From Candidatus Poseidoniaceae archaeon (GTDB taxonomy: Archaea; Thermoplasmatota; Poseidoniia; Poseidoniales; Poseidoniaceae), in the NCBI GenBank assembly GCA_049616955.1, contig JBMZIJ010000005.1:4209-68208 (forward strand): a stretch of 64,000 bases of DNA. The letters are read 5' to 3'. The number at the start of each line of letters is the position of its first letter. Position 1 is the stretch's first letter. Below the pieces are notes generated by a model. That model was not told the DNA's origin, did no database searches, and was given only the letters and a program-made list of their open reading frames with translations. The position numbers and the translations under genes are program-made. Shown in pieces: positions 18,601 through 26,094 of the stretch.

Positions 18601-20759
18601 AGGTTGACCGTCTGAATCGTGTAGGTTACGCTAAACGAAGTTAGTGTGAGAATTCCACTGCTGTCCGATGTGAGGTCGATTGGGATGTCTACAAATCCGG
18701 AACCAGTATCAGGGATACGATCGTTGAATCCTTTGATGATGGCATGGGTCGGGCTATTGGCATTGATGGTTTTTGGACCAACCAGTGGGCCATTTTCTTT
18801 CCAGCCCACCGTTGGGGTCAATGGAGGGTTGAAATTCGCCGGGATTGGATATGGTGTGTGAATCTCAAACCCAGGGTTGTCAGGAGCATTGCTGTGGAGG
18901 GCGACTTGGATGTCATGCAAGACAGGCGTGTATGCTGAGTTGCTTGTCGAGAATGAAACGCGAAGACAAAGGTAACCGTAGCTGGGTGTTGTGAACGCCT
19001 TGGTAAGTCCAGATTGTCCGAAGGATGTCAAACCACTGCTGCACAGGCTCGATGTACTTCCACCCAATTGTACGGAAATGGAGGTGCTTGCTGGAATGGT
19101 TGCATTGTAGTGAACGGTTGCAGCAACGTACGATGGGAATGGATTGTTGTAGTTTGAACGTACGTAGAAATTGCCACTGCTGTAGTAGTTTGTTGTGTAT
19201 TGGATGGTCACTTGATCGAGAATTGGGGTAGCGGTAGAGGTTCCATTGAGCGTTGCTCGCCAGGTGATTTTGTTCCCGCTGCTGGCGAATGTCTTGGTTG
19301 AACCGACGCCAATCGACTTCCAAGTTACACCATCATCGTTGGAAACGTCGATGTCGATCGATGTTCCAGTTGGCATGTATCCAATCGCACTCTCCAACTT
19401 GATTTGGTCAACGGCTCGGCTTGCGGTTGTGGTTTGGCCATAGACTGTGGTCGAGGTTGATGTCGGCGTACGACTGTCGGTGACAACACCATCGCCCCAC
19501 ATGTGGATTTTTCGTGATACAGTGTTACAGTACGAAGTATGGTAGCAGGAGTAGTAGATCTTGCCTTCATCATCGGACTGAGTGATGCCATAATGTCCAC
19601 CGTTGGGCATTTCTTGCACGCCCATCTTGGTGAGACTGAAACCATTCATGCTGAAGTGATGATGACGGGAACCTTGGACGTTGTACTCATTGACAATGAC
19701 ACGCGGTAAGTCGACAACCAGTCCAGAGTTTGGATTCCCTGACGTTGAAGTGGTCTTGTAATTGTAATCGGAAGCAGAACCAATCGACCACGTCGAGTTG
19801 ATGGAACTCGGGTTAGTTGGATTGACTTCCATCAAGTATCGGTTGTAGGTTGGATAGGAGGACGAATCGTAGTAACTCACGTACAATTTTCCAGTATCGT
19901 CGTCAAAGTCAACGCCAGTGAGGTAGTTTGGGTACCCGTAGTTGGTGTACGAGGAACATTGCCACTGCGTCTTTGCTGCATTCAATGTCCACTTCGTGAG
20001 ATAGTAGTACTGGTAGGAGACTGTCCAAATGTTTCCGTTTGGATCCACTGCTGCATCGTACCAGTAACTCGAAACGGATGAAGTACAACCAGATGTGCTG
20101 AGGCTTGCCGTACCGAGCAGTGCTCCCGTTGTTGCATTGATGCGTTGTATGCTTGGAGCGGAGTACATCGAGGTACTCGAGTAACGTGTTGCATGAATTT
20201 CATGTTCTGAAACGGGGACGACGATTCCTCGATAGTTCCAACTTGCACTCGATGAAACCGAAAGGTCGGAGAATTGCTTTGTTACACTGTTGTAGCCTTG
20301 GTCGCCAAGAGCGACGAATTGTCCAGTCGTATTGATTGTGGCTGAATTTGTTGTTGACAAATCGTTGGTATTGCGGAACGTCACCATGTTGTTGGTGGGG
20401 TTGCCTCGAAGCGAAATCTCATCGTTGGCCGTTTCGAGATTGGTTCGAGAACCATACTGGAAGGAACCTGTTTGCGAGTTTGACCATGTGCCTGTTCCTG
20501 CACCACCGAAGTCTTTGTTGTCGGTTAGATTGCTCCACGTTGTCGTACTTGCTTCCCCGAGGAAGTTGAATTGAGCCGAGGTCACTTCAGCTCCGAACGG
20601 GAACGTGATCACACCAGCAGAGCCGTTTCCTTGCCCGTTGAAGGTGTGTGTGTACGAGGTTGATCCTCCTTTGAATTGGGTCTCCGTTGTGGCCGAAGAA
20701 GCGAGTGGCGCCATGACCGATAAAAAGAACAGAAGGACGAGGAAAACCGCTTTTCGCAT
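15648..20759 (-). CDS. giant secreted, C-terminally membrane-anchored surface protein (CARDB-like domain, poly-acidic cytoplasmic tail)
   Basis: Signal peptide MRKAVFLVLLFFLSVMAPLASSA from the ATG at 20759. About 1,650 aa, S/T/N/Y-rich, with many N-x-S/T sequons. CARDB-like segment VSPGTDVEITATVINNGGPTTSQFKVAFFAG...IPVTVNW. TM helix WIFAVSTILILVLVATVA. Tail ...EDEEMDWDDDEDEDDFDEDDDFDEDDD. Confidence 0.8.
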   Translation of the reverse strand: MRKAVFLVLLFFLSVMAPLASSATTETQFKGGSTSYTHTFNGQGNGSAGVITFPFGAEVTSAQFNFLGEASTTTWSNLTDNKDFGGAGTGTWSNSQTGSFQYGSRTNLETANDEISLRGNPTNNMVTFRNTNDLSTTNSATINTTGQFVALGDQGYNSVTKQFSDLSVSSSASWNYRGIVVPVSEHEIHATRYSSTSMYSAPSIQRINATTGALLGTASLSTSGCTSSVSSYWYDAAVDPNGNIWTVSYQYYYLTKWTLNAAKTQWQCSSYTNYGYPNYLTGVDFDDDTGKLYVSYYDSSSYPTYNRYLMEVNPTNPSSINSTWSIGSASDYNYKTTSTSGNPNSGLVVDLPRVIVNEYNVQGSRHHHFSMNGFSLTKMGVQEMPNGGHYGITQSDDEGKIYYSCYHTSYCNTVSRKIHMWGDGVVTDSRTPTSTSTTVYGQTTTASRAVDQIKLESAIGYMPTGTSIDIDVSNDDGVTWKSIGVGSTKTFASSGNKITWRATLNGTSTATPILDQVTIQYTTNYYSSGNFYVRSNYNNPFPSYVAATVHYNATIPASTSISVQLGGSTSSLCSSGLTSFGQSGLTKAFTTPSYGYLCLRVSFSTSNSAYTPVLHDIQVALHSNAPDNPGFEIHTPYPIPANFNPPLTPTVGWKENGPLVGPKTINANSPTHAIIKGFNDRIPDTGSGFVDIPIDLTSDSSGILTLTSFSVTYTIQTVNLEITIPEGEILHERTEPYEVVTRHIVGESATKIREATLTLLTSSAASNPTLFWQDGDVFPSPNDPDGYVVMDGNSYSILNNSILEIHWLFRVTSDFPDQNNVRFSTGCLDDSGSAGFAPLDLRSEQGLRVNQTFGLGWLKVRDNGGDLVRDDVPDNAWVAAGETLHFQGAMWFMDSDDAPLDSAFDVRVSRNGWVESTARDTTNINGSFFISVVTPNIDVPDGLNYEVQTYNERNPTHVMAPNSDWSRTFRVDATPPERRAVFPADGSYEAGVNQQDVRILVHDEIGVPMELTLMYWVEADHDLNRNGIADDHEYASKRVTNMSESKSKWFMTNIDHSRNPNMGRVSYYWSGGDQAGNPVFYKEYDDEGVLYNLNSGPGFNFDDATFQTRKDAAAIFTGLEWVGHSDDEPVFAGLEQSITVGFIDANTAIDFEHISLVFDFEGPNPSRDAQRISYSGLNNTFWSESNYIHLLPTSSMRETTNESGLPWIIVTYNFVFAWDWPDEEMGDLALLFKERGSSEDRELLILEHTFRVENDFTLSPTDYIVEDVSEPRTGPVADGTRVRKDDRLAFSGRVVYEGSNVPAPRDVGILVEVFDGEKLWSDGSLTDDGEYLIEVPLDSAKSLQSSPTRTCLISITNIPGRGEDMTGTLVSTTLRVIVDDAAPRVVRRMAPLNVIDVSPSNDLTSIYVEFQGSEDADLTGSEQMIHWVMRDQTRTVTIGAGSSLLGMQQEGQTVYWTGEVDITAGGSIVPQAGDFVGFYVTGWDAAGNQFPVVSNSEASPIPELAFDDTDFERQWVRLGAVGPELRVKSITVSDDHVSPGTDVEITATVINNGGPTTSQFKVAFFAGDSEDPFDVKAIVGIEAGESIPVTVNWEVENVDRVRVEVDYGNVLVEVNDNDNTAEHDINIAYGQYLGWLDSPREHPLAWIFAVSTILILVLVATVASRTAVDLGDGAFAEDEEMDWDDDEDEDDFDEDDDFDEDDD

Positions 20760-20885
20760 AGTGTACACACCCAGTGTCCACAACTATGTTCCCTAAGCAT
20801 ATCAACGCATCGGCTCGTGGTCACTACGCATTGTTCCGTAACCGTCATGAAGAACAGCGTTCATAGGTGCACCCGAGGGACGAAC

Positions 20886-21269
20886 ATGGCAGGTCTTTTT
20901 TCTCGCTGGTGGGCAGCTCAACATGGACGACAATACTCCATTCTTGCAACGCTCTTTGGTGCCTTCGTGGTGCTTTTCTTGGCAGCATTATCTCAACTGT
21001 TGTTTCTCCAAGAATCTGCAACGTGGGGCGAATACACTGGAGCAGCGATTGGCCTCCTCGTCTTTGCCGCTACCGGTCTTATCTTCGTCACACCTGAGTT
21101 CTTGGTCTTCAAAGGGCATGTGAGCACTCTTGACGAACTCTACGAGATTCGCAGTACGGCTGAATTGAAACGGCGACGCTCAGAAGGTGATCGTTCAGCC
21201 GCTGCGCTCGGAGCAGGTCACGAGGAGCGTTGGAATGCGTTCCTTCAAGAACGTGGCATGCGACGTTAA
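20886..21269 (+). CDS. small two-TM membrane protein, unknown function
   Basis: ATG at 20886 has GAGGGA 5 nt upstream. Two hydrophobic helices, then a charged C-terminal segment. Ends 15 nt upstream of the signal peptidase gene. Confidence 0.55.
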   Translation: MAGLFSRWWAAQHGRQYSILATLFGAFVVLFLAALSQLLFLQESATWGEYTGAAIGLLVFAATGLIFVTPEFLVFKGHVSTLDELYEIRSTAELKRRRSEGDRSAAALGAGHEERWNAFLQERGMRR

Positions 21270-21284
21270 AGCGGTGGCGATTCC

Positions 21285-22280
21285 TTGCAACCTTCCGACT
21301 CGACAAAACTCCTGTTCAGGGAGATTTTACTCGCTGGTGGAATGATTGTCGTCCTCATTGCAGCGTTGTATGCGCACACAGGATCGATGCCACCATTGGT
21401 CGTTGTTGAATCTTCGAGCATGGTTCATGACCCAGATGGAGAAGTAGGAAGCATCGATGCAGGCGATCTTGTTTTGGTTCACAAATCCTCATTCGAGAAT
21501 ATTGTAACCTTTGCTGAAGCTACCGATCCATCCAATCCGTACTATGGATACGAAGCGCATGGAATGGAAGGAGATGTCGTCATTTACCGGAAGAATGGGG
21601 AAGCGTCGACACCGATCATTCATCGAGCGATTCTGCGTGTCGTACCTCACGATGCCTATCCTGCGACCTCGACAGCAAATCCATGCCCAACTGGGGGAAC
21701 CTATGACGCTGAGTGGAGCATTGATGGAAGCGAAGGTGCTTGTGTTCAAACATGGGACGTTCCGGGAACAGATGTTGTCAATCAAAGCAACATTAGCATT
21801 CAATTCGATGGGATTGACGCTGGTTTCTACGATTGTGAACGCTTTGTCCATGCTGGTGTTGAAGCCCATTTGGTGGTCCACAACTGGGTTCCGAAACACT
21901 CAGGGCTGCTCACCCTTGGTGATGCAAACAAATGTTCTGTCGACCAAGGTGCTGATGCTGTCAACGGCTCCTCTGGTTTGCGTACACTTGATGGAGGCGT
22001 ATTGGGCCCAGTCCAAGAGAGCTGGCTTGTCGGTCGTGCAGGTGGTGAAATTCCATGGCTCGGAGCAGTCAAACTCATGGTCAGTGGTTCGGGACCTGGG
22101 CTGGACTACGTTCCCGGTTCATCACTGCTGTACCTTTTTGCCTGCATTGGAGGCATTCTCATCTTCCCAATGGTGGCAGACCCGTTGATTCGTCGCATCT
22201 TCTCAACATCTCCTGAAAACATTCAGGCTCAGCAAGAGAAGGCTCTGTTGGTTGCACTAGGTGTTGATGAAGAGGAATGA
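21285..22280 (+). CDS. signal peptidase I, archaeal/eukaryal Sec11 (S26B, Ser-His) type
   Basis: N-terminal TM. Ser box VVVESSSMVH, His box TPIIHRAIL, TLGDANKCSVDQ (GDN box), GRAGGEIPWLG, and a C-terminal TM. TTG start with a GGTGG box upstream. About 85 aa containing four Cys are inserted between the His and GDN boxes. Confidence 0.75.
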   Translation: MQPSDSTKLLFREILLAGGMIVVLIAALYAHTGSMPPLVVVESSSMVHDPDGEVGSIDAGDLVLVHKSSFENIVTFAEATDPSNPYYGYEAHGMEGDVVIYRKNGEASTPIIHRAILRVVPHDAYPATSTANPCPTGGTYDAEWSIDGSEGACVQTWDVPGTDVVNQSNISIQFDGIDAGFYDCERFVHAGVEAHLVVHNWVPKHSGLLTLGDANKCSVDQGADAVNGSSGLRTLDGGVLGPVQESWLVGRAGGEIPWLGAVKLMVSGSGPGLDYVPGSSLLYLFACIGGILIFPMVADPLIRRIFSTSPENIQAQQEKALLVALGVDEEE

Positions 22281-22877
22281 TTACTCCTCACTCTCAGCAA
22301 CGGCTCGATTTCGTGTGAGTTCTTGAGCAGCATTATCGAGACTTGTTTGCGTCATGGCGAGCAATTCTGTTGCATAATCGAGATTTGATTGTTCCAAATA
22401 TCGCTCAATGCTTGCTTTCGAGCGTCGAATGGTCGCCAATCGTTGTTCGGAGCTTTTTGGTCGAGTTTCTTCGCCTCGCTGAGCCATTAACCACTCTTCG
22501 AGAAGAGCTTGACCCCACTCAGGAGCTCGGAATCTCGCAGAGAGGATGATCTCTGCATGACGATGTCGAAACCGTACACGAGAGTCTCGAGTTCGATTGG
22601 CTTGAATGGAACCAGGGTTCCATTGATCGAATGGAATGTGGAGGTGATTATTGCAACGTAAATGCCCCGTTTCGTCAATTGTTGCATCAATAATCAGAGC
22701 ACCTCGTTGAAGGCGAATGAAGGCTTGGACGATGTCATCTTCAATCAACCATTCAGCGATTTGTACCGAAGATTGCCCCCATTTGTCGGTCGTCCATGAC
22801 TCAATGGCGGCACGATGCAACATGGCCTGACCTTCAACTCCCCATTCATGAACCTTCACATCCATGAGTTGGTGCAT
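22281..22877 (-). CDS. hypothetical soluble protein with helical C-terminal third
   Basis: 198-aa ORF with no competing long ORF. No recognisable motif. Its stop abuts the signal peptidase stop, and its ATG lies 3 nt from the TTG start of the divergent M50 protease gene. Confidence 0.5.
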   Translation of the reverse strand: MHQLMDVKVHEWGVEGQAMLHRAAIESWTTDKWGQSSVQIAEWLIEDDIVQAFIRLQRGALIIDATIDETGHLRCNNHLHIPFDQWNPGSIQANRTRDSRVRFRHRHAEIILSARFRAPEWGQALLEEWLMAQRGEETRPKSSEQRLATIRRSKASIERYLEQSNLDYATELLAMTQTSLDNAAQELTRNRAVAESEE

Positions 22878-22880
22878 TGA

Positions 22881-24368
22881 TTGATATGGAAGCGAGCGTT
22901 CACACCAATCATGGCAGCATCATGGGGCGCAGTCGATTTCGACTGGCGACTTATTCCACTTCTTATCTTCGCGTGGTATTTGCTGCTTAAGCGCTGGGAG
23001 CGAGATGGCGTTCTCGACCGATGGAATGCAACACGTGTCTTCGGATTCGTGTTGATGGTACGGACAAAAAAAGGGCTTGATCTTCTTGAGAAGGTAGCTA
23101 AACCACGTCGATTTTGGAGAATCTACGGAGAGATTTCACTCTGGGTCTGCACCTTTGCCATGCTCATGGTTGGCGTTGTCTTTCTGCTTGCTTTCGTAGG
23201 AGCCCTCCTTTCACCACCCGATGTACCTCCCCCGACTGCAAGCGAGTTGGTTGCAATCCCTGGTATCAATCCAATGATACCACTTTGGTGGGGATTGATC
23301 GGATTCGTTGTAGCATTAGTCATTCACGAGTTTGGCCATGGTTTGCTTGCTCGTGGCCATGGCATGCGAATACGTTCGTTTGGCTTGCTGCAACTTGGCC
23401 CACTACCGCTTGGTGCTTTTGCCGAGCCCGAAGGTGAAGAACTGTTCAAAGCACCACGTCGGGAACGGCAACGTATGTTTGCTGCAGGGCCAGCAACGAA
23501 TCTTTTTGCAGCATTTGTCCTGTTGTTGCTGATCGGTGGAATTGCAGGACAGTTCGCATCCGGTGACCAATCCATCCACGTCACGGGCATCGTCAAGAAT
23601 CAAGGAGCAGACCAAGCCGGTATGCAACCTTGGGATACGATTGAAACCATCAATGGCGAAGATGTCGTTGGATTGGAAGGATTTCGAGACATGATCGACC
23701 AGTACAGTGCAGGAGATTCGGTGCTCATCGGCGTACTCCACGAAGATGGAACAAGAGAAACGGTGAATGCAACCTTTTCGGACAAATACGTTTACTACCA
23801 GGATATCGGATTTTCTGAAGATCAATTAGAATCGTTTTCAATCGAACAAGGCGACCCGTTTTTGGGAGTTGAGGGTCTTGCAGAAAACACACAAGGCATC
23901 GATCGGCTCGCCGGGCCATTTTCTCCAAACACCGATTACACGGTTCCTCAACGCGTCTTGTTCGCTCCCTTCCACGTTGTAGCGACGATGTTCATCCCGT
24001 TCCAGTTGCAAGGTGTTGCCATGCATCCGAACGAAGAGGCCATGCTCGAAGCAGACGATTCTTGGTTTGCAGACTTGGTTGGTAAGGAGGGTCTCTTGCT
24101 CCTCGTCAATCTCATGTTTTGGATCATGTGGGTCAACGTACTTCTCGGTTTCACCAATTTGATACCAATGGTGCCGTTTGATGGTGGTCATATGTTCAAG
24201 GACATGGTGCATGCTGGATTATCACGAATACGTGCGCTTGGAAAGAAACTCAAATTGTGGAACTTCCATCCGTTATGGATTGATCAAATTTCAAGGAAGG
24301 CAAGTAATTATTCATCGCTTGGATTACTCTTTATGTTACTGTTTTTGATATTGATGCCTTACTTCTGA
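22881..24368 (+). CDS. site-2 protease family (M50) membrane metalloprotease with PDZ domain
   Basis: HEFGHGLLAR (HExxH) in a TM helix. PDZ-like GIVKNQGADQAGMQPWDTIETINGEDV. NLIPMVPFDGGHM (NxxPxxxxDG motif). TTG at 22881 has GGTG upstream; ATG at 22911 is an alternative. Confidence 0.85.
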   Translation: MIWKRAFTPIMAASWGAVDFDWRLIPLLIFAWYLLLKRWERDGVLDRWNATRVFGFVLMVRTKKGLDLLEKVAKPRRFWRIYGEISLWVCTFAMLMVGVVFLLAFVGALLSPPDVPPPTASELVAIPGINPMIPLWWGLIGFVVALVIHEFGHGLLARGHGMRIRSFGLLQLGPLPLGAFAEPEGEELFKAPRRERQRMFAAGPATNLFAAFVLLLLIGGIAGQFASGDQSIHVTGIVKNQGADQAGMQPWDTIETINGEDVVGLEGFRDMIDQYSAGDSVLIGVLHEDGTRETVNATFSDKYVYYQDIGFSEDQLESFSIEQGDPFLGVEGLAENTQGIDRLAGPFSPNTDYTVPQRVLFAPFHVVATMFIPFQLQGVAMHPNEEAMLEADDSWFADLVGKEGLLLLVNLMFWIMWVNVLLGFTNLIPMVPFDGGHMFKDMVHAGLSRIRALGKKLKLWNFHPLWIDQISRKASNYSSLGLLFMLLFLILMPYF

Positions 24369-25007
24369 TCAACGAATGATGGTTCTTCGTCGCTGAAGTT
24401 CATCGAGGATAGAGGCCTTGTGAGCGGACTCAACACTCACCTCTTCGTCAACAACACTTCGCTTCTGAATGTATTCGAGAGTTGGGGAGTGTTCGTTATG
24501 TTGACAAACGACGTGAATGAATTCATTCAGTGGCATTCCCTGCTCCCAGTCGATGAATGCACGGCCCTTTCGTGTTCGAGGTAGAGCAGGAATACGTCGG
24601 GCAAGAACGCGTAAACGCCCCTCAAGTGTGGAGGTCTCCACCCGGAAGATTCGCCAGGAGTCGCCTCGAGTTCCCTTCAACCGATGAGCGTACAAGGGCA
24701 TGAGTCCACAGCGTTCCCCTTCGTAGGCCAGAGCGTTGTACTGGTCTAAAGTTCGGCCGCTGAGATAGATCTTGGTTCCCTTGGTTGTCTTGACCTCGAT
24801 CGGAAATGAAATGTCGCCTCTCAAGGCGAGCAAATCTCCACTGCCCTCAATTCCTGAACCCGCTGCACGAACCACAAGAAACGGACGTTTGAGGACGAGT
24901 CGCATTTTCTCTTTTTCTTCAACCGAACACGAGCGTATAACGGCTTCAACACCTGCAGGAATCCCTGCGAGAACGTGGCGCAGTTCTCGCTCGTACTGGC
25001 TTGTCAT
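24369..25007 (-). CDS. Hjc-like archaeal Holliday-junction resolvase fold nuclease with insertion and C-terminal extension
   Basis: Hjc order of motifs: YERELRHVL ... FLVVRAAGSG ... GDLLAL ... PIEVKTTKG ... YLSGRTLDQYNAL ... WRIFRV. There is a ~25-aa insert after the first helix and ~85 extra C-terminal residues. Confidence 0.6.
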   Translation of the reverse strand: MTSQYERELRHVLAGIPAGVEAVIRSCSVEEKEKMRLVLKRPFLVVRAAGSGIEGSGDLLALRGDISFPIEVKTTKGTKIYLSGRTLDQYNALAYEGERCGLMPLYAHRLKGTRGDSWRIFRVETSTLEGRLRVLARRIPALPRTRKGRAFIDWEQGMPLNEFIHVVCQHNEHSPTLEYIQKRSVVDEEVSVESAHKASILDELQRRRTIIR

Positions 25008-25116
25008 AAAACCAGATTGTTGTCAGCCGCCTTTATTGACTTCGGTGATTTTGCGACAAACCATCACCGTTCAGGTGAACCTTACGCATTCCAATGAACT
25101 TCGTCTGTTCGTATCC

Positions 25117-25143
25117 TAAAACAGCGATGAGACATCATCTCAT
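25117..25143 (-). terminator. hairpin plus T-run overlapping the end of the YD-repeat lipoprotein gene
   Basis: On the minus strand, ATGAGA-TGATG-TCTCAT (6-bp stem) is followed by CGCTGTTTTAGG. It spans the stop codon at 25140-25142. Confidence 0.3.
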
Positions 25144-25982
25144 ACTGTTTCGGCATATCCCCATGTATGAGTGGTGCTGGAGCTAAAGTTGTCACCCCAA
25201 TAGCGCGTTTCATCGATTAAATCCCCTTTCTCATTGTAGGTGTACGTCGTTAGATCCCCATTATATGTTGACGAAACTAAAAGGCCATCAGCATACGTGT
25301 TGTTTGTGTATGTTGGGTTATACCAGTTTCCATTGTAGCCATAAGTGATGGTCACCTGAATCTGTTGGCCAGCATTATTGTACGTGTAGTTGGCGTACGT
25401 TGTCGAATTCCCATAACCGCTGCTCTTGATTTGTTCCAGCAGCCCATCGGAATTGTAGTATGATTCTACGGTAGCATATGCGGATTCTTCTAAGATTTCT
25501 CGACCTTCGGAATCATATGTATAGTTCCAATATTCTTCTCCATCTCCACCCTCGTAGTATGATTTTTGTTGCATCAAAAGACCGTTCTCATACGTGTTTT
25601 CCCAAAACTGAAGAAAGATATCTTCAAGGGTTCCAGTTGAATTATTCCAATCACCTGAACCACTTTCCGTTAATACTCGTTGACCTTCAGCGTTGTAAGT
25701 GAAATTGCTGTAACCACCGTATCCATCTCCACCCCACCGCAATGAGTAAATCAGATTGCATGAGGCGTCGTACGTCATGTTTGTCATCGTGTAGTGGTTG
25801 TTCCGCATCATTTCACTTTCATGCTCCATGGTGGTTATTGTTTGGAGGATAGCCCAACATCGTTCTGTACCATCTTCTGCGGTTTCGGTTCTTGATGTGG
25901 AATCATCACCTAGACATCCAGACAATGGTAAGAGAATGAACAAAAGTATCAAAAAAAACGTGGTCGAGTTTGTATTTCGCAT
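25140..25982 (-). CDS. small lipoprotein built from YD/RHS-type repeats
   Basis: MRNTNSTTFFLILLFILLPLSGC has a signal peptide and lipobox-like LSGC. Repeated Y-x-Y-[ND]-x-x-G motifs follow: FTYNAEGQRV, YTYDSEGREI, YTYNNAGQQI, YTYNEKGDLI. The upstream 187 codons of track ORF 25140..26543 are antisense to the next gene and were trimmed. Confidence 0.65.
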   Translation of the reverse strand: MRNTNSTTFFLILLFILLPLSGCLGDDSTSRTETAEDGTERCWAILQTITTMEHESEMMRNNHYTMTNMTYDASCNLIYSLRWGGDGYGGYSNFTYNAEGQRVLTESGSGDWNNSTGTLEDIFLQFWENTYENGLLMQQKSYYEGGDGEEYWNYTYDSEGREILEESAYATVESYYNSDGLLEQIKSSGYGNSTTYANYTYNNAGQQIQVTITYGYNGNWYNPTYTNNTYADGLLVSSTYNGDLTTYTYNEKGDLIDETRYWGDNFSSSTTHTWGYAETV

Positions 25983-26094
25983 GGTTATTTTCAACATTCT
26001 ATTGGACATAAAACATCCGTTCGAGAAGTCGTTTGAACTGGAAATCAACAATGGCTTCTGAAAATGGCCTCTGGATGAAGGTTCGAATGAAGCG

